The notes under the pieces are model-generated. The model worked only from the letters and a program-made list of their open reading frames with translations. It was not told the DNA's origin and searched no databases. A program made the position numbers and the translations under genes. A DNA stretch of 64,000 bases. Source: Gemmatimonadaceae bacterium. Its GTDB lineage: Bacteria > Gemmatimonadota > Gemmatimonadetes > Gemmatimonadales > Gemmatimonadaceae. Of this stretch, positions 35,220 to 44,224 are shown piece after piece (position 1 is the first letter of the stretch; every line of letters begins with the position of its first letter). The stretch covers positions 778 through 64,777 of the forward strand of contig JBHELH010000318.1 in NCBI GenBank assembly GCA_046263215.1. Reading direction: 5' to 3'.

Positions 35220-36167
35220 CTAGTAGATGTACACGTGGGTCCCGATGGGGATGTTGTTGTACAGCCACTCGATGTCCTCGGCCTTCAGCCGCACGCACCC
35301 ATGCGTCGCGGCCGTCCCGATCGTGTTCTCGTAGGGCGTGCCGTGGAGGAGGAAGCCATTGCCGAGGTCCAGCTTGTACTTCCCGAGCTCCCCTTCGATC
35401 CGCCGGTTCTTCGTGCCGAGCGGCGGGATGAAGAGCGTGTTCTCGAAGACGATCTCCTCGTCGAGCGGGAGCGGCGCCCATTCATAGCCAGGGATGATCA
35501 GCCCGACGACGCTGTCGCGGACCGCAATCCGGCGACCGTCGGAAAGCCGGTATCCCCTCTTCGGCAGCGCGCGCAGCTTGAGCCCGTGGTCGCGCGCGAC
35601 CTCGGCGTAGTGCCAATCGGGCGGAATCCAGGCCGGGTCGGCCTCCTTCCGGCGGACGATGCGTCGGCCGCGCGGCGTGTCGAACTCCCACCGCCGCCCC
35701 TGGTACTCGAACTCGCTGCGCATGACCGTCGCCGCCGGGGCGACGCGGAGCGTGTCCTGGTCGTTGAGGACCCAGAGCTGCTTGTCGAACAGTGAGACGA
35801 CGACGCGGAGGCCCTTCGCATCCCGGGCCATCCGGTAGGCCTTGACGAACTCGATGCTGTCCTTGCGCGAGATGAATCGCCGGCGGGAGATGGCCGACCT
35901 CGTCGGCGCGGTGCGTGGAATCCCCATTCCCGAGCGCGCGACGTCACCGGGCCGTGTCACCGTGGCGACCGACCGGCGGGCCCACTCCTCGCCCGAGGAG
36001 GTGACCGGGCGGGGATCCGGCTCCGGCTGCGGCGGCTCCTGGGCGCGGACCGTGCCCGTCGTGGTGCACGCCGACGCGGCGACCCCAAGAAGGGCGAGAG
36101 CGACCGTCGCGCGGGTGACCCCGGAGAACGCCCGGCTGGTGGCGGTGAAGATACGTCTTCCCTTCAT
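35220..36167 (-). CDS. L,D-transpeptidase (YkuD domain) lipoprotein
   Basis: Start re-set to ATG 36167 (MKGRRIF...ALALLGVAASAC lipobox). YkuD catalytic motif: LHGTPYENTIGTAATHGCVRL. Confidence 0.9.
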   Translation of the reverse strand: MKGRRIFTATSRAFSGVTRATVALALLGVAASACTTTGTVRAQEPPQPEPDPRPVTSSGEEWARRSVATVTRPGDVARSGMGIPRTAPTRSAISRRRFISRKDSIEFVKAYRMARDAKGLRVVVSLFDKQLWVLNDQDTLRVAPAATVMRSEFEYQGRRWEFDTPRGRRIVRRKEADPAWIPPDWHYAEVARDHGLKLRALPKRGYRLSDGRRIAVRDSVVGLIIPGYEWAPLPLDEEIVFENTLFIPPLGTKNRRIEGELGKYKLDLGNGFLLHGTPYENTIGTAATHGCVRLKAEDIEWLYNNIPIGTHVYIY

Positions 36168-36328
36168 TTTCGATGTGTCCTTCGTGATCGTCTGCAGCTC
36201 GAGTGCGTTCGTTTTGTGTACCCGACTGTGGGCTATACGATCGCTTGTCGGCAATGGATTCTAACGATTTCGGTTCGAGCCGGCCCGATTTAATGCACTG
36301 CTGCCGAGTCCGCCAGTCCCTGACGTAG

Positions 36329-36366
36329 GAAAACGGGTGGTACAGAACTCTGCACCACCCGTTTCC
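36329..36366 (-). terminator. Bidirectional-looking rho-independent terminator after the OMP gene
   Basis: Minus strand reads GAAACGGGTGGTGCAGAGTTCTGTACCACCCGTTTTCC. A second hairpin (GCCGGCGG...CCGCCGGC at 36384-36420, with the T-run on the plus strand) lies closer to the stop. Confidence 0.65.
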
Positions 36367-36435
36367 ATATCTGCTCGATTTGTGCCAGCCGGCGGCGTGC
36401 GGAGTCCGCCGGCTTTTTCCTTCGGTCAGCTCAAC

Positions 36436-37332
36436 TTAGAACGTCAGGCCGATGATGATCGGCACGAAGCTCCGGTTGCTGCCGACGCCCATCCAGCGCG
36501 CCTCGAGGAAGACGTTCGACGGGCCGAAGCCGAAGCCGACGCCACCGCCGAGGTTCCAGCCGAAGTCGTCCGACCACTCGTCGCAGTTACCCGCGGTAGG
36601 CGACTCGCCCTCCTCACCGCAGCTGACCTGCGCGGTCGTAGCTCTCTCCGGGCCAAACAGCAGGTTCTTGTGACGGTAGTAGCTGCCGCCGCCGACCGCA
36701 TAGAGCTCGGCGCGACCGCCCGTCTCGACGCCGTAGAGCGGGAAGCGCAGCTTGCCGTTCAGGTGGGCGCTGAGGATCGACGGATCGGCCGCGAGGGCCG
36801 CGTACTGGCTGCGCTCACTGAACTGATCGTAGGCCACGTCGAACCGGACGCCGAACGGGCTGCCGATCGGGTCCCAGCCGAGCATACCGGTCACGTTGAA
36901 GCCGGGCTCGAAGGTCGTGTTGAGCTGCTGACGTGGGGCGGTCAGACCGCCGCCGAGGCCCCAGTAGAATCCGCCCATGCGGACGGTCGGGAAGACGGGT
37001 GACTGCTGTACCGTCACCGTGTCGGTGCGGCTGACCGTGACCGTGTCCGTGCGCATGCGGAAGACCGTATCGCTGCGGACCTGGAAGACGGTGTCGACGC
37101 GCACCTGAACCGGGACTTCCTTGCCGGTCGTCGGGATCGCGACGTCCGAGCGGGCCGCGGCCGCACGCCGCGCCGCCGCCCGACGCGCCGCCGCCCGACG
37201 CGCCGCCGCACGACGGCGAGCCGCCGCGGTGTCCGTCGGCGCCTGCGCCTGTACGTACGAGCTGGACCCGTCGACGGCCAGCAGCGCTGCGGCCAAGCCG
37301 AGCGCACACGCTGTCGAGAAACGAAAACGCAT
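36436..37332 (-). CDS. Outer-membrane beta-barrel protein with repetitive N-terminal linker
   Basis: 298-aa ORF with signal peptide MRFRFSTACALGLAAALLA, tandem AARRA repeats and DTV(F/T)V repeats. An OmpA-like 8-strand-type barrel region ends IIIGLTF. Confidence 0.8.
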   Translation of the reverse strand: MRFRFSTACALGLAAALLAVDGSSSYVQAQAPTDTAAARRRAAARRAAARRAAARRAAAARSDVAIPTTGKEVPVQVRVDTVFQVRSDTVFRMRTDTVTVSRTDTVTVQQSPVFPTVRMGGFYWGLGGGLTAPRQQLNTTFEPGFNVTGMLGWDPIGSPFGVRFDVAYDQFSERSQYAALAADPSILSAHLNGKLRFPLYGVETGGRAELYAVGGGSYYRHKNLLFGPERATTAQVSCGEEGESPTAGNCDEWSDDFGWNLGGGVGFGFGPSNVFLEARWMGVGSNRSFVPIIIGLTF

Positions 37333-37784
37333 ACTGTGCTTCTCCTCTAATCGGCCGCCCTGCGCTCATTGCCCCCGCGGGCGTACAGCGGGCGGGATGC
37401 GACCTGTCTGCATCCCGGACGACGGGTATCGTCGCGGCACCGCGCCCGTCCGACGGCAGGCTGCGTGCCGTTGCGGACGTATGCGCGGGATTTCCACAAG
37501 TCTGATGCGCAACAGTTCAAGCGAGTGCAGATCTTTCGAGCCCACCGTTCCCGGGCTGTTGAGTGACTTGCGTCACGCATGTGACGTGCGCCTGCGATGC
37601 GTGGGTTTCTCTCTATTTGCCCGTGCGCACCCACTCCGTCAGGGGCGCTATCACTGTAGAGGCCGCTCGTCGCGCACACGCGTGCCTCTCGCATCAACTG
37701 CAACTGCTCGCGTCGCGCACACGCTCACACATTCAGAGTGCGACGTCAAGGGGTAAGTAGATCGCTCGCCGCCTGCGGCGGCGG

Positions 37785-38077
37785 CGCTATCCGCTATCGG
37801 TCGCGCTGCGCGCGACGCTATCAGCTATGCGTTATCAGCTATCACCAGTTCGGATGGCCCGGCGCTTCGCGCCGGGCGTTTCATTTGAATGTGCTCAGCA
37901 TAACCACGTAGCTCCGAGCGGAGTCACAGGCCGCGCGCACTCGCGGCGCAGGCCAACTTCGTTGTGCGCAGGATCACCAAATGCAGCAAAGCCCGGCCGC
38001 GCATGCGCGGCCGGGCACACCAAAGTACCGATAGCTGATAGCTGATAGCGGATAGCGTCGCGCGCCGAGCGCGCGAC
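37785..38077. repeat. GCTATCR-armed ~290-bp inverted repeat enclosing two facing terminator hairpins
   Basis: The left arm is CGCTATCCGCTATCGGTCGCGCTGCGCGCGACGCTATCAGCTATGCGTTATCAGCTATCACC. The right arm is CGATAGCTGATAGCTGATAGCGGATAGCGTCGCGCGCCGAGCGCGCGAC. Confidence 0.85.
37981..38016 (-). terminator. Rho-independent terminator of the amidohydrolase gene
   Basis: Minus strand reads GCCCGGCCGCGCATGCGCGGCCGGGCTTTGCTGCATTTGG, ~105 nt after the stop at 38121. A mirror hairpin with a plus-strand T-run (GGCCCGGCGCTTCGCGCCGGGCGTTTCATTTG, 37856-37888) has no plus-strand gene upstream. Confidence 0.65.
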
Positions 38078-38120
38078 TGTGTCACACCGAGACGTGTCCC
38101 TGTGCTACTGCGCCCGCCCC

Positions 38121-39605
38121 CTACGGCGCCGCTGCGTATCGCGCCGCGAGCTCCTCGAGGCCCGTGCGCAGCTCGTCGGCGCTCACCCAGCGGCCGCGCA
38201 CCATCACGCCCGCGCGCCGCGTGAGGTTGCCGACATCGTCGAGCGGGTTGGCGTCCAACAGGACGAGGTCCGCCCGGCTGCCCACGGCGACGGTGCCGAA
38301 GCGCCCATCGAGTTTGAGCTCCTCGGCCGCGTAGCGCCCGACGTTCTTCGTCCCGCTCTCGAGCACCTGGTAGGGCGTGAGCCCCGCCGACACGGCGAGC
38401 GAGAGCTCGCGGTGGAGCGAGAACCCGGGCACGCTGAAGAGCTGTGGGGAGTCGGTCCCCATGAGCAGAGGCGCGCCCGCATCGCCGAGCGCCTTGAGCA
38501 TCCGGCGGCGCGCCGTCATGAACTGAGCCGCGAGCTCCGGCGTCACACCCTGCTGCGCGTCCTGGTTGATCCTGTTCCGCTTCGTGTTCGTCCAGGTAAC
38601 GACCGTCTGGCGCGGCACGTAGCGGTTCTCCGGACGCCGCGCCAGCTCCTCGGGCGACGTGCGGTCGAACAAGTTCTCCCACAGCGCGGCTGTCGGAACG
38701 TTCCACACGCCGGCGGCGCGCGACAGGCGCGCGAGCTCGCCGAAGCGCGACTCGTCGACGTTGCGGATCAAGTCGGCCAGCGTGGCGCCGCCCCCCTGTA
38801 GCCGCACCGCCGTCGTCTCTGGCACCGATGCCTCGAGGTAGCCGTCCATGTGGTCGATGGTCGACTGGCGCGCCGCGATCGCGTGGCGCAGACCGACGGC
38901 CTGTGGAACGTGCCCGGCCCACGTGATGCTGACCTCGCGCGCCGTCGCGACGATCGCGTCGTACGTCTCGCGCGAGAGCCCGGGGTGGATCTTCAGCAGA
39001 TCGTAGCCCGCCGCCTTGTGCGCGCGGACGAGCTTCGCCGCCGTGTCCGGATTGGGCGCGGAGTTCCCGTTGAGCGACGGCGCGGCGACGTACATCGTCG
39101 GCCCGAGCAGCTCGTTGGCCGCGAGACGATCGCGCAGTACAAGCTGGTTGGGAGCGCCGAGCATCGCGCGGATCGTGGTGATGCCGTTGGCGATGTAAAG
39201 GAAGAAGATGTCGCGGTTGAGCCGCTCGTCGGCATTGCCCTGCGCCTGCGCGGGGAGCACGTGCGCGTGCATCTCGGCCAGTCCGGGCATGAGGTACTTC
39301 CCGCGCCCGTCTATACGAACGGCACCGGCAGGTATGCCGGTGCCGCGCGTGGGCCCAACGGCCTCGATCCGGTCACCGCGCACGATGACGGTCTGACCGG
39401 CGACAACGCGCTGGCGGTCCATCGGGATGACGTTGACATCGATGAAAGCGACGGCCGGTGCGCCGGCGGGCGCACGACGGGGCGCAGACGCGGCGGCGGA
39501 CGATGCGCTCTGCGCCGTCGCGACCGACGTCGCGACGGACAGCAGCAGCCCGGTGGCGACCGGCGCCAGCGCAGCGCGCGCGGAGGGTAGGCCAGAAGGA
39601 GGCAT
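38121..39605 (-). CDS. Amidohydrolase-family metallo-hydrolase, exported
   Basis: 494-aa ORF with a signal peptide, then the composite-domain pattern VIVRGDRIEAVGP and the metal-binding YLMPGLAEMHAHV motif of the amidohydrolase superfamily. Confidence 0.9.
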   Translation of the reverse strand: MPPSGLPSARAALAPVATGLLLSVATSVATAQSASSAAASAPRRAPAGAPAVAFIDVNVIPMDRQRVVAGQTVIVRGDRIEAVGPTRGTGIPAGAVRIDGRGKYLMPGLAEMHAHVLPAQAQGNADERLNRDIFFLYIANGITTIRAMLGAPNQLVLRDRLAANELLGPTMYVAAPSLNGNSAPNPDTAAKLVRAHKAAGYDLLKIHPGLSRETYDAIVATAREVSITWAGHVPQAVGLRHAIAARQSTIDHMDGYLEASVPETTAVRLQGGGATLADLIRNVDESRFGELARLSRAAGVWNVPTAALWENLFDRTSPEELARRPENRYVPRQTVVTWTNTKRNRINQDAQQGVTPELAAQFMTARRRMLKALGDAGAPLLMGTDSPQLFSVPGFSLHRELSLAVSAGLTPYQVLESGTKNVGRYAAEELKLDGRFGTVAVGSRADLVLLDANPLDDVGNLTRRAGVMVRGRWVSADELRTGLEELAARYAAAP

Positions 39606-39779
39606 GGGCGGGGACGGGGGAAGCGCGACGAGATGGGAGAGAGAGGACAGAGATACGATAGCGGCCGGGCGTGGGCGCGCTACCGAGAAATCGTTCGGCG
39701 GATGTTAGGAAATACACGAGACGGAGGGGAGCGGGAGTTGGCCACTCCGCGTCCCGCTCCCCCTCCCACGGCTCCTCTT

Positions 39780-40439
39780 CTATCTCGTGTCGCGGGGGCT
39801 TTCGTCTCGCGACCGATACCGCACCGTCCCGCTAGTCGGGCGCGGCGCCTCCGCGTCGTCCTCGAGCAGTTGGTCGCGTCGGCGCTCGATGCGCACTTCG
39901 CGCTCCGTCGCGCGGCGCGCCGCTTCGCGCTCTGCCGCCTCGCGCGCGCTCCGCCGCGCGAAGTGCACGTCGGCGTCGCCGTGCGGCAGAACGTAATCGC
40001 GATCGTCGGCCCAGCCACGGTCACCGTACGCCCGCTCGTATCGCTCGCCGAATTGCCGCGCGTCCTCGTCACCCGAACCGTGGTCTGCCAGCGACGGAAG
40101 CTCCTCGTCCTGAAGATCCCCGGTATCGAGCCGCACGACACGTGCGGTCCGGTCGATCATCGCCGCGCGCACCGGCGCGAAGCTGTGCCGGTTGCCGTTG
40201 CGGACGTCGATGTCGAGCATCACGACCTCGCCCGCCTCCGCGTCGACCAGCAGCTCGGCGACCTCGCCGAGCTGGCGGCCGCTGATGGTCCGCACCTCCC
40301 AGCCACGGATGTCCGGCTCGCCGTCGGCGACCCTGTACGAGCCCAACTCGCTCAACCGAACGAGCCGCACGCCCTTGCGCACGTACGGGCCGACGCCGGC
40401 GGCGTCGCTGCGGCCGCGGCCTTTATCCTTCTTCGCCAT
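39780..40439 (-). CDS. PRC-barrel domain protein
   Basis: Start re-set to ATG 40439 (MAKKDKGRGRS...). PRC-barrel-like core: GSYRVADGEPDIRGWEVRTISGRQLGEVAELLVDAEAGEVVMLDIDV. The C-terminal tail is charged. Confidence 0.8.
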   Translation of the reverse strand: MAKKDKGRGRSDAAGVGPYVRKGVRLVRLSELGSYRVADGEPDIRGWEVRTISGRQLGEVAELLVDAEAGEVVMLDIDVRNGNRHSFAPVRAAMIDRTARVVRLDTGDLQDEELPSLADHGSGDEDARQFGERYERAYGDRGWADDRDYVLPHGDADVHFARRSAREAAEREAARRATEREVRIERRRDQLLEDDAEAPRPTSGTVRYRSRDESPRDTR

Positions 40440-40617
40440 ACCGACCTCCGAGTGCGGGCTGGATCGCGCCGGTCGTCGGCGGAGCGCCGGCGGGTGCGGT
40501 CGTGGTGCGTCCCGGATACAGGAAGTACCAGGCGAGCACGGCAACGATGAGAAGGGCAAGCAGCAGCCATAGCCATCCGAGCCCGCGACCTTTCCGCTCG
40601 ATGCGAATCTCCGCCAT
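40423..40617 (-). CDS. Small single-pass membrane protein
   Basis: An internal ATG 40617 of the track ORF gives MAEIRIERKGRGLGWLWLLLALLIVAVLAWYFLYPG... (64 aa). It overlaps the PRC-barrel start by 17 nt. Confidence 0.5.
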   Translation of the reverse strand: MAEIRIERKGRGLGWLWLLLALLIVAVLAWYFLYPGRTTTAPAGAPPTTGAIQPALGGRYGEEG

Positions 40618-40704
40618 GCGTTTCTCCGAGTCTTCCGGCGTCGTGTCTTCGTTGTGCTCCCCGCACGCGATGATCGAGAGTGCAAGCGTGGCGCCAGAAG
40701 GCAA

Positions 40705-40750
40705 GAAAAGCCCCCCAGGGCGGCACGCCGCAAACCTGAGGGGCCTTCAA
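40705..40750 (-). terminator. Orphan terminator-like hairpin in the leader upstream of the small-membrane/PRC-barrel genes
   Basis: Minus strand reads GCCCCTCAGGTTTGCGGCGTGCCGCCCTGGGGGGCTTTTCTTGCC: 9 of 10 stem pairs plus a U-rich tail. No credible minus-strand CDS lies upstream of it within the 510-bp gap. Confidence 0.45.
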
Positions 40751-41127
40751 TCGCTGGCGGGATTCGATCTTTTTTTCGGTGCCACGGACGTGCGTGGCGC
40801 GATCGACTTCCCTTACCCTTGCCGCACGGTTACAGCTCAGGTGCTTCGGAATTCACGAAGCGAACGGTTGTGGCCAGCGACCTCACAACCGACCCGCCGA
40901 CGCCGAACCGCCGACGAGCTGCCCACCGGTAGCGTCCCACCGGGAAGGCCCACGCCCGACGAAGTACCGTGTCGTCGAGCGCTGCGCCATTATCGGGGAC
41001 CAGGGCGGGAGCCGTCAATCGAGAAAATATCCCGAAGGGAGCAGCCTCGGCCGGCCGGTGACGCCGCGCTCGCTCCCGACTAGAATTCGCGCTCTCGGCC
41101 CGCCCAACAGATGAGCCCAATGCCCCG

Positions 41128-42246
41128 ATGACCTTCAGAATCGCGCTCGCCACTCTCGCGCTGCCCGCAGTGCTCGCGGCGCAGCAGTCGTCCGGCGCGT
41201 CGTCGCGCACGCCTGCTGGTACACGTACGGCACGTCCCGTCCTCATCGACTCCGCGCGGGCTCGCATGCTCTATGTGAGCAACCGGCCGGACGACCACCC
41301 GGTCCCCGACTTCGACGCACAGCTTCGCAGCAAGGCGCGTACGGACAGCATCTACCGCGCGCACGCGCGCGGGAACTACGAGTTCCAGAAGGTGAAGTAC
41401 CGGAGCCGCGCCGATGGCATGGAGATCCCCGCGTACGTCTTTCAGCCGCTTCAGCGGCGCGGCGCGCGCGGGCACGCCGCGATGATCTGGGTGCACGGGG
41501 GCGTGCACGGCGACTGGAGCGAGGGAATGATGCCGTTCGTGAAGGAGGCGGTGCAGCGCGGCTACGTCATCGTCGCTCCCGAGTACCGCGGGTCGACCGG
41601 CTACGGCCCGCAGCACTACTTCGCGATCGACTACGGCGGCAAGGAAATCGACGACGTGATCAGCGCGTACGACTACATCACGCAGAGCCTCCCGCACGTC
41701 GACCCGGACCGCGTGGGCATGATGGGCTGGAGCCACGGCGGATTCATCACCGCGCACTCGCTCTTCCGCGACCAACACCCGTTCAAAGCCGGCGCGGCGA
41801 TCGTTCCGGTCACGAACCTGCTCCACCGGCTGAGCCGAAAGGGACCCCGGTACCAGCGGTCCTTCGCGACGCAGCAGACGATCCAAGGGCTCCCGTTCGA
41901 GAAGCCCGAGGAGTACATCCGGCGCTCGCCGCTCTTCCACGTCGACAAGCTGCGCGTGCCGATCCTCGTCCACGTCGCGACGAACGACGAGGACGTGAAC
42001 TTCGACGAGGACGTGCAACTCGTCTACGCGCTCCGATCGCAGAAGCCCGACCTCGCCGAGACCAAGGTCTACGTCGACCCCGCGCCGTGGGGGAACAGCG
42101 TCGGCCACGCCTTCAGTCGCCGCGTCGACCTGGCGACGCTTCAGCGCGTGGACAGCCCGGAGCAGATCGACTCGTGGAACCGAACGTGGGTGTTCTTCGA
42201 GTGGATCTTGCGACCGTACGAGGATCGGTCCAAGGCGAACAGATAG
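41128..42246 (+). CDS. S9 (prolyl oligopeptidase family) serine peptidase / alpha-beta hydrolase, exported
   Basis: 372-aa ORF with a signal peptide, nucleophile elbow GWSHGG, and a typical YRGSTGYG region upstream. Confidence 0.9.
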   Translation: MTFRIALATLALPAVLAAQQSSGASSRTPAGTRTARPVLIDSARARMLYVSNRPDDHPVPDFDAQLRSKARTDSIYRAHARGNYEFQKVKYRSRADGMEIPAYVFQPLQRRGARGHAAMIWVHGGVHGDWSEGMMPFVKEAVQRGYVIVAPEYRGSTGYGPQHYFAIDYGGKEIDDVISAYDYITQSLPHVDPDRVGMMGWSHGGFITAHSLFRDQHPFKAGAAIVPVTNLLHRLSRKGPRYQRSFATQQTIQGLPFEKPEEYIRRSPLFHVDKLRVPILVHVATNDEDVNFDEDVQLVYALRSQKPDLAETKVYVDPAPWGNSVGHAFSRRVDLATLQRVDSPEQIDSWNRTWVFFEWILRPYEDRSKANR

Positions 42247-42306
42247 CGAGCTGCGAGCTGTGAACCAGAGGCCCGACGGTCCTAGCTCGCAGCTCACAGC
42301 TCGCAG
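42246..42306. repeat. GCGAGCT-armed hairpin between convergent genes
   Basis: GCGAGCTGCGAGCTGTGAACCAGAGGCCCGACGGTCCTAGCTCGCAGCTCACAGCTCGCAG. The right arm supplies the last codons (..KNCEL stop) of the MpaB-like gene. Confidence 0.8.
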
Positions 42307-43073
42307 TTCTTATCGAGACCACGCACGTGTCCCAAGTGCTCTCGCGGTACCAACGCGAGCCGTGCGACCGGAGCGAGGCGGAGGTGTCTGAGCGCGCGGT
42401 ACGCGGCGATCGCGGGCCGCGTCCACCCTGTGCGGCGGGGGAGGCGCAGCAGGTCGGCGACGAGTCGCGGCGAGAGCAGCGCCTGAAGGTGTCGGAGGAG
42501 CCCGTACCGCCAGGGACCGAGCTGCTCGCGGTAGCGCGCGTACAACGCCGCCGTGTGTTCACTGTACGCGAGGTCATCGCGCATGTGTCGCTCGCGGTCG
42601 GGTCGCCAGTCGGCGTACGTCGGCGGGAGCCGCGCGATAGCGAGGCCTTCTCCGACGCGACGGAAGACGTCATACAGGTCGTCGCGCTCCGCTGGCGTGA
42701 GCGCACCGCGCAGCAGCGTCTCCGCGCGCTCGGAGTAGTCGATGAGCAGGTAGAGGACATCGCGATGGGCCCAGTCGGGGATTTGCGCTCCGCGCGACTG
42801 CTCGACGGCCGCGTGGGCCGTGCGAATCCGCGCGAGCGTCTGCTCCGCAGTGGCCCGGCTCGCGAAAACGATCTCCTGAGCGTACGCCGCCGTGCGGAAG
42901 AGGCGTCCGATTGGGTCGGCGGGGATCGCGCCGGTGAAGAAGAGCCAGTCGACCGCCCGATTCAACGCGAACTCCGCCGCCGCGCCCGCGAAGACGAGGA
43001 GCACGGCGTCGGCGTCGCCCCAAATCCGTCGCACTACCGACCCCCGGGGGACAAACGCGTCCGGCGACGTCAC
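42294..43073 (-). CDS. DUF2236 / MpaB-family oxygenase-like protein
   Basis: Start re-set to GTG 43073, overlapping the upstream stop (GTGA). Family-like N-terminus GSVVRRIWGDADAVLLVFAGAAAEFALNRAVDWL. Confidence 0.8.
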   Translation of the reverse strand: MTSPDAFVPRGSVVRRIWGDADAVLLVFAGAAAEFALNRAVDWLFFTGAIPADPIGRLFRTAAYAQEIVFASRATAEQTLARIRTAHAAVEQSRGAQIPDWAHRDVLYLLIDYSERAETLLRGALTPAERDDLYDVFRRVGEGLAIARLPPTYADWRPDRERHMRDDLAYSEHTAALYARYREQLGPWRYGLLRHLQALLSPRLVADLLRLPRRTGWTRPAIAAYRALRHLRLAPVARLALVPREHLGHVRGLDKNCEL

Positions 43074-44218
43074 CGCGCGAGGGTCGACTCCGCGAACCGG
43101 CCGAGCCTGAACGGCGACAGATCGAATGAGCTCGTCCCCCGCGTCGTGAGGTCGGCGGCGATCTCGCCGATGGCGCTGGCGAACTTGAACCCGTGACCGG
43201 AGCATGGGCTCAGGATGAGTGCCTCGGGACGCGCGGGGTGCGCGTCGACGAGGAAATCGCGGTCGGGAGTGTTGGTGTACAGGCACACGCGCGCCTCGAG
43301 CTGTCGGCCGGCGGCGTGTGGCATGAGGCGTGACAGCAACGCGCGGATGCCCGCGTCCTCTTCGGGCGTCGTCGTCCGGCGCACGGACGTCGGGTCGGTC
43401 GTCTCCCCCTCGTGGTGCACCCCGGCCTTGACGCCGTCACCGACGTCGGGGAAGGTCGCCACCATGCGGTCGCGCTCGAACTCCCAGAGCGCGAGTGGAC
43501 AGCGCGACGCGGCGTGCAACTCACGCCGCGACGATGGCTCGAACCAGTGGAACATCTGTCGCTCGACCACGAGCGGCAGCGGCAAGTCGGGGACGAGCTC
43601 GCGGAGCCAGGGACCCGCCGCGAGCACGACGCGCGCCGCGCCGTAGGTCGTCGCGCTGGTGGTGATCGTGACGCCGCCGCCCCCCACACTCCAGCGCACG
43701 ACGCGCTCGCCGGTGCGCACCGCCGCCCCGTTCTGCTGCGCGAGCTGCAGGTAAGTCTCGACACACGCTTCCGGAAGCAGAAGCCCGGCGCGCAGCTCGA
43801 ACAGCGCCGCGTGGTCGTCGGGTGGAGCGTAGGCGGGCCACCGGCGCCGGACCTCGTCGGCGCCGAGCAGCTCGTGCGCCACGTCGTACTCGATAGCGCT
43901 CCGCCGCGCGCCGGCGACGATCGCCCCGTCGGCCGGCCCGATCATCAAGCCGCCGGTCCGGTGGAAGAGCGTCCGTCCCGACTCGCTTTCTAGCTCGTCC
44001 CACAGCTCGTACGCCCGGCGGACGAGTGGCACATACAGGGGATGCTCGAAGTACGCCTCGCGGATGATGCGGGTGCGCCCGTGCGTCGAGCCCACCGTGT
44101 GGGGCGGCACGAGCTGGTCGATGCCGAGCACGCGCACACCGCGACGCGTGAGATGGTGGAGCGTTGCGCTCCCCATCGCGCCCAGGCCGACGACGACGAC
44201 ATCGACGTTCGTCTTCAC
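43070..44218 (-). CDS. solA: Monomeric sarcosine oxidase / N-methyl-L-tryptophan oxidase-like FAD enzyme
   Basis: 382-aa ORF with dinucleotide fold VDVVVVGLGAMGSA, STHGRTRIIREAY, and the covalent-FAD Cys motif SPCSGHGFKF. Confidence 0.9.
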   Translation of the reverse strand: MKTNVDVVVVGLGAMGSATLHHLTRRGVRVLGIDQLVPPHTVGSTHGRTRIIREAYFEHPLYVPLVRRAYELWDELESESGRTLFHRTGGLMIGPADGAIVAGARRSAIEYDVAHELLGADEVRRRWPAYAPPDDHAALFELRAGLLLPEACVETYLQLAQQNGAAVRTGERVVRWSVGGGGVTITTSATTYGAARVVLAAGPWLRELVPDLPLPLVVERQMFHWFEPSSRRELHAASRCPLALWEFERDRMVATFPDVGDGVKAGVHHEGETTDPTSVRRTTTPEEDAGIRALLSRLMPHAAGRQLEARVCLYTNTPDRDFLVDAHPARPEALILSPCSGHGFKFASAIGEIAADLTTRGTSSFDLSPFRLGRFAESTLAR

Positions 44219-44224
44219 ATTTCG

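Noticed and set aside
35205-35220. GTTCGAATCC (tRNA T-loop-like) on the minus strand
   Set aside because: The flanking sequence does not fold into acceptor, D or anticodon arms. The motif overlaps the stop codon of the L,D-transpeptidase gene and is followed by a normal terminator hairpin.
41080-42297. 405-aa minus-strand ORF
   Set aside because: It is antisense to the S9 peptidase gene (GWSHGG and other motifs on the plus strand). This is a shadow ORF.
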